Shown: positions 20,901 through 29,879 of the stretch, piece after piece
How positions within the stretch are numbered: position 1 is the first letter of the stretch
How the letters are laid out: each line of letters starts with the position of its first letter
DNA from: Wolbachia endosymbiont strain TRS of Brugia malayi
Lineage (GTDB): Bacteria; Pseudomonadota; Alphaproteobacteria; Rickettsiales; Anaplasmataceae
Direction: 5' to 3'
Assembly (NCBI RefSeq): GCF_000008385.1
Contig: NC_006833.1
Span: forward strand, 540,001-572,000
Length of the DNA: 32,000 nucleotides
The notes under the pieces: generated by a model
What the model was told of the DNA's origin: nothing
The model's database searches: none
The model's input: only the letters and a program-made list of their open reading frames with translations
Translations under genes and position numbers: made by a program

Positions 20901-21786
20901 GTAAGCTAAATTTCAAGCTTTCCGACTGTATATGTTGTTTTACCTTACTCATCGCTTGTTCAGCTAGCTGTCTTATTCTTTCTCTTGAAACACAATATTT
21001 TTTACTAAGCTCATCTAGGGTCTGAGTATTCTCAGACAAATACCTACTAATAAAAATATCCCTTGATCTTTCGTTAAGGCTTGCTAATGCATTGTTTAAA
21101 ATTGTTTCTTTTAATTCTTTCTCTTCACGATTCTGATAAGTTACTTCTTGATTAACTGAGTTACATGGGATCATATCTTGTAGCTCTTTTTTAGAGTCAC
21201 CACCTACTTTTATGCAATTATTTAGCGACTGATCCTTACAAGCTAAACGGTAATTCATCTGTATAACATCCCCTTCAGATACAGATAGTTCATTAGATAT
21301 TGCTTTTATTTCTTCATTATTTAAAGTTTCCCTGTTTGTATATTGCAAAATTCTTTTTTTTATTTTACGCAAACTAAAAAATAATCTCCTTTGTGCTTGT
21401 GTTGTGCCTATTTTTACAAATGACCAAGATTTCAATATAAAGTCTTTTATTGAAGCTTCAATCCACCACACCGCATAAGTTGAAAAACGAAATCCCAAAT
21501 CAGGATTAAACTTTTTCACTGCATGGATTAAACCCATATTTCCTTCCATAATTAGGTCCATTAACAATAGCCCATAATTTTTGAACTTCATTGCAATTTT
21601 TACTACCAAATTCAAATGGCTAGTAATCAATTTATGAGCAGAAGAAATATCCTTGCACTGGTTCCAACTTTTCGCCAACCGTACCTCTTCCTCTTGAGAT
21701 AGCATAGGAAATTTTCGCACTTCAGTAATATACTGTGTGAGATTAGTGCTACCGTTAATACATAAGCTCACCTTTGGGATCAACAT
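20893..21786 (-). CDS. rpoH: RNA polymerase sigma-32 factor
   Basis: LTQYITEVRKFPMLSQEEEVRLA, DLIMEGNMGLIHAVKKFNPDLGFRFSTYAVWWIEASIKDFIL, QRRLFFSLRK (RpoH box), C-terminal LSKKYCVSRERIRQLAEQAM. Confidence 0.94.
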   Translation of the reverse strand: MLIPKVSLCINGSTNLTQYITEVRKFPMLSQEEEVRLAKSWNQCKDISSAHKLITSHLNLVVKIAMKFKNYGLLLMDLIMEGNMGLIHAVKKFNPDLGFRFSTYAVWWIEASIKDFILKSWSFVKIGTTQAQRRLFFSLRKIKKRILQYTNRETLNNEEIKAISNELSVSEGDVIQMNYRLACKDQSLNNCIKVGGDSKKELQDMIPCNSVNQEVTYQNREEKELKETILNNALASLNERSRDIFISRYLSENTQTLDELSKKYCVSRERIRQLAEQAMSKVKQHIQSESLKFSLHA

Positions 21787-21964
21787 AACAACTTAAATTA
21801 AAACTCCAAATATACAATGTATTGACTTTCCAGTAAAAATTCAAGCTTTAATTTAGAAAAAGCATAACTTATTGTGTACCACTGCACCCAACTTGAACCT
21901 TAAGTGCTTTAATACTTACTGCTAAAATATGCAATACAAAACAGTCTACATAGTAAACAGTGCC

Positions 21965-21991
21965 ATTCCAGTGCTTAAGAGACACTGGAAT
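21965..21991. repeat. Palindromic repeat element downstream of wsp
   Basis: attccagtg (21965..21973), loop cttaagaga, cactggaat (21983..21991): perfect 9-bp arms. Confidence 0.75.
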
Positions 21992-22070
21992 CCACATTTC
22001 TTTCCTCTAAGTTCCAGTACCAGCTACTTGAATAACAAGACTGAGATAACAAGAAGACCACTAAGATAGA

Positions 22071-22793
22071 TTAGAAATTAAACGCTATTCCAGCTTCTGC
22101 ACCAATAGTGCTATAAAGAACTTTATATGCACCCGCAGTAACTTTTGTTTCTTTATCCTCACTAGTTCCTTTATTTACTTCTTCACTTTTATCAAAGTTA
22201 GCGCCATAAGAACCAAAGTAGCGAGCTCCAGCAAAGAGTTTAATTTCTGGGGTTACATCATAGCTAATACCAGCTTTCGCCTGGTAAGCAAAACCAAACC
22301 CATGTTTTTGATCAGCAATAACTTGTGCCTTTGCAGGGTTGCTGATATATGCTACACCAAGACCAACACCAACATATGGAGTAATAGGTATATCTTCAAT
22401 TACTACATCATAATACACATTAACTAGTCCTGAAATTGCTGTTAAATTATCTACAATATCTGGAGTAGGAGCTCGTGAAAGAGTACTTTTACTTAATTGT
22501 GAATAAAGTCCTTCAATGTCCACTCTGATATCATCCATTCTATAACCAAATGCACTACCACCAGCCATGAAAGAAGGCTTATAAAGGTCATTAGTGTCTT
22601 TACTATCCTTTTGAGCTCCTGTGATACCATCAACCTTTGTATTCAAAGGTGAAAACTCACTATTGTACTGCAAGCGAATGTAGTAACTAGTTTCCTCATC
22701 AGCTATTGGACCAACAGGATCTGAAAAAGCAGAGTTTGATAAACTTAGCAACATTACTAAAGCGGTTGCTGAAAAAAACTTTTTATAATGCAT
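22071..22793 (-). CDS. wsp: Wolbachia major outer surface protein Wsp
   Basis: MHYKKFFSATALVMLLSLSNSAFSDPVGPIADEETSYYIRLQYN...; C-terminal beta-barrel repeat sequence GVGLGVAYISNP...AGARYFGSYGANF...IGAEAGIAFNF. Confidence 0.98.
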   Translation of the reverse strand: MHYKKFFSATALVMLLSLSNSAFSDPVGPIADEETSYYIRLQYNSEFSPLNTKVDGITGAQKDSKDTNDLYKPSFMAGGSAFGYRMDDIRVDIEGLYSQLSKSTLSRAPTPDIVDNLTAISGLVNVYYDVVIEDIPITPYVGVGLGVAYISNPAKAQVIADQKHGFGFAYQAKAGISYDVTPEIKLFAGARYFGSYGANFDKSEEVNKGTSEDKETKVTAGAYKVLYSTIGAEAGIAFNF

Positions 22794-23622
22794 AATTACC
22801 CTCGTTAAAAAAATTAAAATTTCACTTTAGCAATTTAAGTAAAAACTAAAGTTAAGTCAAGTACTAACTTAATAACACAAAATATTTGACATTTAAACTA
22901 ATTTTTAGAGAAAGGTAAAGATTTTACTAACGAAAAGACCGAATCTGTACTAACATTGCAATATTTGAGAGCAATGTATATCAAGAATACAAAGCCCATT
23001 TTACAGGCCTTAAGAACCCTTATATGGGGATGTTTTAGACCTAAAATTTATCCTTAATCTTTATTTAAGTGACAAAAGCACATTATTAAACTAGGTGTGT
23101 TATGTTTAATTTTTCTTATATAGACACTCCATGTCTTTATAAATTTTTATCTACGTTAGCTGAATCTCGCTTATTAAGTAATGTAATAAGCGCCAAGTTT
23201 TTGAGAGAACAGTAAACAACTCACATTGCATTGTTCTTTTTGTCTTTATTTAAGAATTAGTTCAAAAATCAACTAATCTTCTTTTTTTATAAAGAAATTA
23301 TTTGAAAAACTTCTGCATTACCCTTATCGTGACGTTATGGATATTTATAATTCCAAGGTTGACTACTTACCAAGCATATAAGACATTAATGTCAAGTTCC
23401 TACAAGAGATGAGACGAGAAAGAAACATTGGAATGACACCATTTATTGCATAAATAACCTGAAAATTGCTATGTTCATACAGTCGTGTCACTAGCTTAGC
23501 ATTTCTTTATTCCCCACATCATTTCCACTACTGCGGTTTCTTCCACCTTTATACAATGTTATAGGTGCACTAGCGAAGAAGCGTTAGCATTAGAAATACC
23601 AGAAATTTTATGTAGAAAAAAC

Positions 23623-23955
23623 TTAAAAGGGAAGTTTAAATCCAGGTAGTAAACCCATCATACCTGCAAGATCAGAGGTTACATTTGCCATATCCTCCTC
23701 TGCCTTCTTAATAGCATCATTGAATGCTGCTGTTACTAAATCTTCTACTATATCCTTCTCTTCATTTCTCATAAGCTCTAAGTCTATGCTTACCTTTTTA
23801 GCCTTATAACTACCTATTTTTATGATTCCTACCAACACAGAAACTTTACCGCCACCAGAGATACCTTGAAATTCTTTACCAATATACTTCTCTTGAGCTT
23901 CTGTAAGTTTCTTTTGCATCTCTTGTGCTTGCTTCATTATCTGATTAAAATCCAC
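23623..23955 (-). CDS. ybaB: YbaB/EbfC family nucleoid-associated protein
   Basis: MNQIMKQAQEMQKKLTEAQEKY-like N-terminus, MAGMMGLLPGFKLPF C-terminus; immediately downstream of dnaX. Confidence 0.94.
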   Translation of the reverse strand: MDFNQIMKQAQEMQKKLTEAQEKYIGKEFQGISGGGKVSVLVGIIKIGSYKAKKVSIDLELMRNEEKDIVEDLVTAAFNDAIKKAEEDMANVTSDLAGMMGLLPGFKLPF

Positions 23956-23958
23956 GAC

Positions 23959-25443
23959 TTACTCCTTATTCTCTATGTTGACCACCTTTGCACCCTTAAA
24001 TGTATCAAGTATACCCTTGACTGCAGGTGCATAACTTAAACTACTCGCCCCCTTTTTTATATAACCTGCATCAATTGTAATAACCCACTCCTGCTGAGTT
24101 ATCTGACTTAAATAGTTTTTCAAGTCATTACAAAAATTACTATCCAACTGAGATACAGCCTTTAGTTTTAAATACCCAGGTTTACAATTCACTAATTGTA
24201 GATTACTACATAGCTGCTTGTAAAGATAAATTTGGTTATTCTGTTGTAATAGTTGCAAAATCTTATCAAAATCATAACTTTTCTGTTGTATGTTTTCTGC
24301 GCTGCGTGTATTCCTCTGCTGCGTACTTTGCGCAAGAACTTTCTTGACCACCTGCTCAGGAGAAGGTAGATCAGAAAGATAACAGAGGCTAATTAATATC
24401 ATCTCAGCAGCAACATCACTGCATGTCGAAGCTTTTATATCTTGAACTCCTTTGAGCAACATCCTCCACAATCTCGAGAAAAATATTAAAGACTTTTTTA
24501 CACCCAAGTCTTTTATCCTGTTCTTCTCACATTCTGTAACTGAACTATCAATCTCTTTTGTAACCAAAAAACGGCATATTAACTGAATTGTTTGCAATAG
24601 ACCTTCAAAAATACTAAGTGGGTTTGCCGTTTCTACTGCTTTGTCAAATAACGATAGAGCTTTCTGTAAATCACTGCCCAATATTGCTTCCATTAGATCA
24701 AATATGATATCTTTATCCACTAGGCCAAGTATATCCATCACACTTTTAGTAGATATTACACCACCTTTATTATACAGCACTGCTTGATTCATTAAAAACA
24801 AGGCGTTACGCATTGAATTGCCAGAGTGGCGCGCAATTAACTCTGATGCTTCCTTTTCAATGAAATAACTTTCTCTCTGTGCAATATCATTTAAACGCTC
24901 TACTATTTTAGCTACAGGAATGTTGTACAAATCAAATCTTTGACAACGTGCAATGATAGTGATTGGTATCTTTTTTATCTCTGTAGTTGCCAAGATAAAC
25001 TTTACACTTGGTGGTGGCTCTTCTAGGGTTTTAAGCAATGCATTAAATGCACTGCTGGATAACATATGTACTTCGTCTATAATGTAAACTTTGAATTTAG
25101 AACTTATAGGTGAATAGCAAATATCTCCTAGGATTACTTTGATATCATCAACACTAGTATGACTTGCTGCATCGATTTCAATTACATCTGGATGGCTTGA
25201 ATTTTTTATCGTCAGGCAATTTTTACATGACCCACACGGTTCAAAAGTCGGTCCCAAGGAACAATTTAAACATAAGGCTATTATTCTTGCTGTGGTAGTT
25301 TTACCTACCCCACTAGCACCTGAAAGCAGTATAGATTGTGGAATTCTGTTGAGAGTAAAAGCGTTTTCTAATATACGCACTAGTATATCTTGACCTACTA
25401 GATCTTTAAAGCTACCAGGACGATATTTTAATGCTATGTTCAT
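23959..25443 (-). CDS. dnaX: DNA polymerase III subunit gamma/tau
   Basis: YRPGSFKDLVGQDILVRILENAF, SGASGVGKTTTARIIALCLNC, zinc-site CEPCGSCKNC, YIIDEVHMLSSSAFNALLKTLEEPP. Confidence 0.97.
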   Translation of the reverse strand: MNIALKYRPGSFKDLVGQDILVRILENAFTLNRIPQSILLSGASGVGKTTTARIIALCLNCSLGPTFEPCGSCKNCLTIKNSSHPDVIEIDAASHTSVDDIKVILGDICYSPISSKFKVYIIDEVHMLSSSAFNALLKTLEEPPPSVKFILATTEIKKIPITIIARCQRFDLYNIPVAKIVERLNDIAQRESYFIEKEASELIARHSGNSMRNALFLMNQAVLYNKGGVISTKSVMDILGLVDKDIIFDLMEAILGSDLQKALSLFDKAVETANPLSIFEGLLQTIQLICRFLVTKEIDSSVTECEKNRIKDLGVKKSLIFFSRLWRMLLKGVQDIKASTCSDVAAEMILISLCYLSDLPSPEQVVKKVLAQSTQQRNTRSAENIQQKSYDFDKILQLLQQNNQIYLYKQLCSNLQLVNCKPGYLKLKAVSQLDSNFCNDLKNYLSQITQQEWVITIDAGYIKKGASSLSYAPAVKGILDTFKGAKVVNIENKE

Positions 25444-25708
25444 GGTTTATGATAAAATAAATAATGAAATAGGTATGCAACCCAAAAAGATTCTGGTGTG
25501 GCTGCTTCATTTCTGACCTGACCAAGTTACAGAGTTTTTGCCTGCATACCTTATAAAAGATTATACTTTTTTTTTTATTTAGCAAGATATATTCTATATT
25601 AGCCCTATAACTTGATATGCTAAATTTTTTACAGTGCTACTTTGAAGTAAATAAAAAGTTAGTTATTATGCAAGTCACTACAAGATTATCACTTCAATGT
25701 TTATTTAT

Positions 25709-25871
25709 GTCATCCCAGTGCGTGACACTGGGGCTCAGAAATCTCCTCAACAACTGGACCATATGGTCAAGCTATAGAATGATAAGTGCTGGAGCAATAA
25801 GAGATTATGCAAGAGACCTATTAAAATCCACACCTTTTCCTCTGGATCCCAGTGCCACGCACTGGGATAAC
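25709..25871. repeat. Small interspersed repeat with inverted palindromic ends
   Basis: Left end gtcatcccagtgcgtgacactgggg; right end atcccagtgccacgcactgggataac, whose reverse complement is gttatcccagtgcgtggcactgggat. Each end is itself a hairpin. Confidence 0.75.
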
Positions 25872-25885
25872 GAAGGAGAGGTGTT

Positions 25886-26539
25886 ATGATTTTATATCAT
25901 TTTCCTCTTTGTCCGTTCTCACGAAAAGTTAGAGCCCTTCTTAAGGAAAAAAAGCTGAGCTGCAATTTAGTACATGAAAACCCGTGGGAAAAGCGGAATG
26001 AATTTATGAAGATTAATCCAACTGGACAGGTACCAGTGCTTATAGATAACAACTTTATTATAACAGACAGCAACGCTATTTGTGAATATCTAGAAGAAAC
26101 TTATAATAGCGATATCAAATTGCTTGACTCGTCTACTGTTATTAAATCTCAAATACGTGCTTTAATTAATTGGTTTGATAATAAATTTTATAATGAAGTT
26201 ACTAAATATATTATAAATGAGAAAGTAATAATTAACCGCAGTCCTGACTCTAGATTTCTCCATGCAGCTCAACATAATCTATCTTGCCATATAGAGTACA
26301 TTGAGTACTTAATTAACAAAAACGTTTGTCTCGTAACTGATAAGTTCACTTTAGCTGACATTACTTTAGCATCACATATTTCTGTAATGGATTATGTAAA
26401 TAGTTTTCCATGGGAAAAAAGTAAAATTCTAAAAGAATGGTATTCCATTGTTAAGTCAAGGCCTTGTTTTCGTGAGATGTTATTAGAAAGAGTTCCTGGG
26501 TTAACTCCTCCTCTGCACTATGCCAACTTTGATTTTTAG
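25886..26539 (+). CDS. Glutathione S-transferase family protein
   Basis: MILYHFPLCPFSRKVRALLKEKKL, NPTGQVPVLIDNNFIITDSNAICEYLEE; C-terminal FTLADITLASHISVMDYV. Confidence 0.92.
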   Translation: MILYHFPLCPFSRKVRALLKEKKLSCNLVHENPWEKRNEFMKINPTGQVPVLIDNNFIITDSNAICEYLEETYNSDIKLLDSSTVIKSQIRALINWFDNKFYNEVTKYIINEKVIINRSPDSRFLHAAQHNLSCHIEYIEYLINKNVCLVTDKFTLADITLASHISVMDYVNSFPWEKSKILKEWYSIVKSRPCFREMLLERVPGLTPPLHYANFDF

Positions 26540-26540
26540 T

Positions 26541-27191
26541 CTACGTAAGCTTTAAAGCTATAGTCATTCCTTCATCAGTTGGAATTAATATAGAGCAATA
26601 TTTTTTTTCGTCCGATAACCTATAATTGAATTCCCTCATAGCACGCCATGATTTCTCTAACACTTCTTTTGGAGGTGATTTCAAAAATACTGTGTTAAGT
26701 AATAGAGTATTATCCGCAACAATCAGCCCGTCTTGTTTAATGTATGACTCTGCCCAATCTAAATATTTAGGATAACCAGCCTTATCAGCATCAATGAATA
26801 TCATGTCATATGGTGCTTTTGCTGATAATTCAGCCAATTTTTCTAATGCATTGCCTACTATTAAAGTAATTTTATTACTCATATTAAAAGCATTAAAATT
26901 CTTTTTTGCTATTTTAAAGTGCTTGGGATTGTTTTCTATTGTGTATATATGGCCATATTCAGGCAGAGCTTTTGCCATACAAATTGATGAGTAACCGTAC
27001 AATGTGCCAATTTCAACGATACTTCTCACCTTGTGAATCTTTATAAATAAACTTAATAACTTTCCTTCTTCAGGGCTAATTTGAATGTGTTGTTTTTTCC
27101 CAAGAATACAATACTCTTCTATTTCTTTACATTCTTTTGCAAATAAATCTCGTATATATAATAATTTTATGTTAGGGTTATTACGTGCCAT
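26541..27191 (-). CDS. Class I SAM-dependent O-methyltransferase (caffeoyl-CoA OMT-like)
   Basis: VEIGTLYGYSSICMAKALP, GHIYTIENNPKH, DMIFIDADKAGYPKYLDWAESYIKQDGLIVADN. Confidence 0.93.
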   Translation of the reverse strand: MARNNPNIKLLYIRDLFAKECKEIEEYCILGKKQHIQISPEEGKLLSLFIKIHKVRSIVEIGTLYGYSSICMAKALPEYGHIYTIENNPKHFKIAKKNFNAFNMSNKITLIVGNALEKLAELSAKAPYDMIFIDADKAGYPKYLDWAESYIKQDGLIVADNTLLLNTVFLKSPPKEVLEKSWRAMREFNYRLSDEKKYCSILIPTDEGMTIALKLT

Positions 27192-27241
27192 GTTTTGTAT
27201 TATAGGAAGGCTTAATTAATATAAAATTCATAAATAATTAT

Positions 27242-27278
27242 ATAGCCTAAAATGATATAAACATTTATTTTAGGCTAT
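27242..27278. repeat. Inverted repeat between divergent genes
   Basis: atagcctaaaat (27242..27253) and attttaggctat (27267..27278), perfect 12-bp arms, 13-nt spacer, followed by tattatttta. Confidence 0.7.
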
Positions 27279-27440
27279 TATTTTATAGCATAAAATTTTA
27301 AGTGACAAAAATTGTGATATATAATATCATAGTTAACTAGTGCAACAGCTGATTGGCTGCCACACTAAAATTTAAAGAGACTGCTTACATGCAAATTTCT
27401 CTTTTAAATATAATTTTCATAATCAATTAGAGGGAGTTAT

Positions 27441-27719
27441 ATGTCTTATAATATTGCTGGTGAAGTTGAAACGTTAAGTAAAAGATCTAATAAAGATGAA
27501 GGGGTTACATTACTAAATAACCCAGCTTATCGTGAAAAGTATAGGGAACGTTTTGATGAAGCCCAGAAAAAAGTTATGGATATGGTTCAGTTTTATGATG
27601 GGACTATAATATTAATAGAAAATAAAATTGCTATGTATTATTACGCTTGGCACAGTAAAAAAAGAGAGTTTGAGCGTAAAAAACAACAAGCAGTGATGAA
27701 AGACGATGGGTCAGTATAG
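27441..27719 (+). CDS. DUF2671 family conserved rickettsial protein
   Basis: 92 aa ORF MSYNIAGEVETLSKRSNKDEG...YDGTIILIENKIAMYYYAWHSKKREFE, consistent with this Rickettsiales family. Confidence 0.75.
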   Translation: MSYNIAGEVETLSKRSNKDEGVTLLNNPAYREKYRERFDEAQKKVMDMVQFYDGTIILIENKIAMYYYAWHSKKREFERKKQQAVMKDDGSV

Positions 27720-27747
27720 AGTCTTTGTATGATAGGCTACAGTGGTA

Positions 27748-28452
27748 TCATTTCACTATAGCTTTTTCATATAGCCTGTCTATCACGTTAGTAAAGTATT
27801 CTTGCGCTTTGTACCCTTCGTGCCTAATTTTATTAGGCTCTGTGTGTGATCTATCGTTGTTAAGCTTGATAAAAAATATCGGAGTGGCCATAATGCCAAG
27901 CTTATTAATTGCTAGTGATTTATCATTTATAATTTTATCCATCACCTCCTTATCGTTAATACATCGGTTAAATGTGTCTTGCTTTAAGTTGCTTAGTGCC
28001 GCCACTTTCTGTAACACAGTTAAGTCACTTAAATTAGAGTAATTCCATGAGTCTATCGAATTAAAAACAGCTTTATTAAAATTAAAATAGTCTTCTTGCT
28101 TCTCATAACAATAACTTAGCATTGCAGCTTTTAGTCCTCTATAATCCAAAGGGAAATGACGGAATATATATAGCATCTTACCTGTATCTATATATTTCTT
28201 TTTAATTTCAGGAAAAACTTCTCTATGAAAAAGAGAACAATGATAACAAGTGAGCGAAGCATATTCTATCATTAGAATTGGTGCTTTGGAATCTCCTAAT
28301 AATTTATCATCAGGCAACGGTAATAGTAGTTCTTTTGATGTTATTTCATTAATTTTTTGAATATAATGGTTGTTGGATAAGTCCTGCTTAATAACTGCAT
28401 AAGAGTTAACACTTATAAAGACCAATAAAAATAATAATCTAAAAATCATCAT
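27748..28452 (-). CDS. dsbA: DsbA family thioredoxin-fold oxidoreductase
   Basis: Signal peptide; MIEYASLTCYHCSLFHREVFPEIKKKYI active site; LGIMATPIFFIKLN cis-Pro region. Confidence 0.9.
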   Translation of the reverse strand: MMIFRLLFLLVFISVNSYAVIKQDLSNNHYIQKINEITSKELLLPLPDDKLLGDSKAPILMIEYASLTCYHCSLFHREVFPEIKKKYIDTGKMLYIFRHFPLDYRGLKAAMLSYCYEKQEDYFNFNKAVFNSIDSWNYSNLSDLTVLQKVAALSNLKQDTFNRCINDKEVMDKIINDKSLAINKLGIMATPIFFIKLNNDRSHTEPNKIRHEGYKAQEYFTNVIDRLYEKAIVK

Positions 28453-28501
28453 AATACAAACATTTAACTTACTAAATAATTACGTATTTATATCAATAAT
28501 G

Positions 28502-28963
28502 TCAAGATAACTTTTTCTTAGCAAGACTCTCAACTCTGTCTTTGAACGCAGCAATTATTTTACTTTGTGTATATTTATATATTGAATTTAATAAAATGGA
28601 AAACGAGCTGGATTTAAATTCAAACTCTATACAAAACTTCACCATAGTTTTCTTTTCATCTATAGAAATGAATCTCCATTCATTGTATAAATGTTTAAAT
28701 ATTCCATTTGATGATACTGCTTTTATCCAACCTTCATTAGTTCCACTCGGAGAAAGAAAGGTTACCTCCGAAGTATATCTTCCCTTAATTCCATGAAAAG
28801 CTGCTAAGAGATCCACAACCATCTGGTTATCAATTTTCTCCTTTAAGTAAACAGCTTTGCACCAAGGAACAAAATCAGAATACTTCTCAACATCAATTAC
28901 AACCTGGAATACCTCATTAGGTAAACAGAGGAAAATACCTTGTTCTTTGTACTGGTGAAGCAT
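28502..28963 (-). CDS. RatA/COQ10-like START-domain protein (ubiquinone-binding family)
   Basis: NEVFQVVIDVEKYSDFVPWCKAVYL and LCIEFEFKSS-type C-terminal pattern. The open frame extends to 29077, but family homology begins at Met (28963) MLHQYKEQG. Confidence 0.88.
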   Translation of the reverse strand: MLHQYKEQGIFLCLPNEVFQVVIDVEKYSDFVPWCKAVYLKEKIDNQMVVDLLAAFHGIKGRYTSEVTFLSPSGTNEGWIKAVSSNGIFKHLYNEWRFISIDEKKTMVKFCIEFEFKSSSFSILLNSIYKYTQSKIIAAFKDRVESLAKKKLS

Positions 28964-29264
28964 AAGTTTAAACCAACTGGAACGGAATCCGTATCTACCG
29001 TTAGCCTTAGTAGATTCCTGAGACCTAAAGTTAAGGTGGGCATTACGTATCAATTTCAATGGAATTGATAGAGGCAATTCCCTTGACTAGAAATTATCGC
29101 TCGGGAAATTTAACTTAACTCATAACGTATAGAACAGACCCCTATCATTATAGCCGATTTACGTAAGGCGTGTCTATGTTTATATTGGAGTCAGTGATAA
29201 ATAGCTATTATTTAGCTTTTGTTAAATTTCGCACTTTAAGTATCATAGTTAATAAACATATCTC

Positions 29265-29855
29265 ATGAATGTTATTAAACTTTTAATTATTATTGTTTTC
29301 ATTGTAATTTCTTCAAGAGCCTATACCAACTGCGCAGATCATAAAATTTTTGTGCATGCTATGAAGCAACAAGTAGGTAACATATCTACAAAGGAGAATA
29401 AAAAAGACCGGGAACATGTATATAAAAAGCTTCAGGAAATCATTCAAAATAATATTGACCTCAAAAAAATATCTCGATTTGTTATGGGAAAACATTGGAC
29501 TTTGACTACTCAGGAAGAAAGAGAAGATTTCTTAAGAGAATATGAGATATATTTTACACGTCTGTGTATCGAAATTTTATATAAATATATGAATAATAGT
29601 GAAATGACTATAATGAGCTCAAGAGCAGTTGACAATGCAACTTGTTTGATTAGTACAAGATTTTTTTACAGCGATGAAGAATTCACAAATATTGATTTTA
29701 AAGTTACTAAAAATGTCAGTTCTTTCTTGATAAGTGATGTTGTAATGAATGGTATAAGCATTTCTATTAATCAACGTTCTCAATTCAGCGAAAAAATTGA
29801 TGCATATAGCATAGCACGTGTCATAGATGAATTAAAATATAACAACAATCTATGA
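29265..29855 (+). CDS. MlaC/Ttg2D-like phospholipid-transport substrate-binding protein
   Basis: Signal peptide; KKISRFVMGKHWTLTTQEEREDFLREYEIYFTRLCIEIL; DVVMNGISISINQRSQFSEKI. Confidence 0.88.
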   Translation: MNVIKLLIIIVFIVISSRAYTNCADHKIFVHAMKQQVGNISTKENKKDREHVYKKLQEIIQNNIDLKKISRFVMGKHWTLTTQEEREDFLREYEIYFTRLCIEILYKYMNNSEMTIMSSRAVDNATCLISTRFFYSDEEFTNIDFKVTKNVSSFLISDVVMNGISISINQRSQFSEKIDAYSIARVIDELKYNNNL

Positions 29856-29879
29856 TATACATACCTAATTAGGCTAAGC

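Noticed and set aside
25617-25889. 90-aa ORF MLNFLQCYFEVNKK...
   Set aside because: Most of it is the palindromic repeat (MSSQCVTLG...LDPSATHWDNEG is typical translated repeat sequence); no protein family support.
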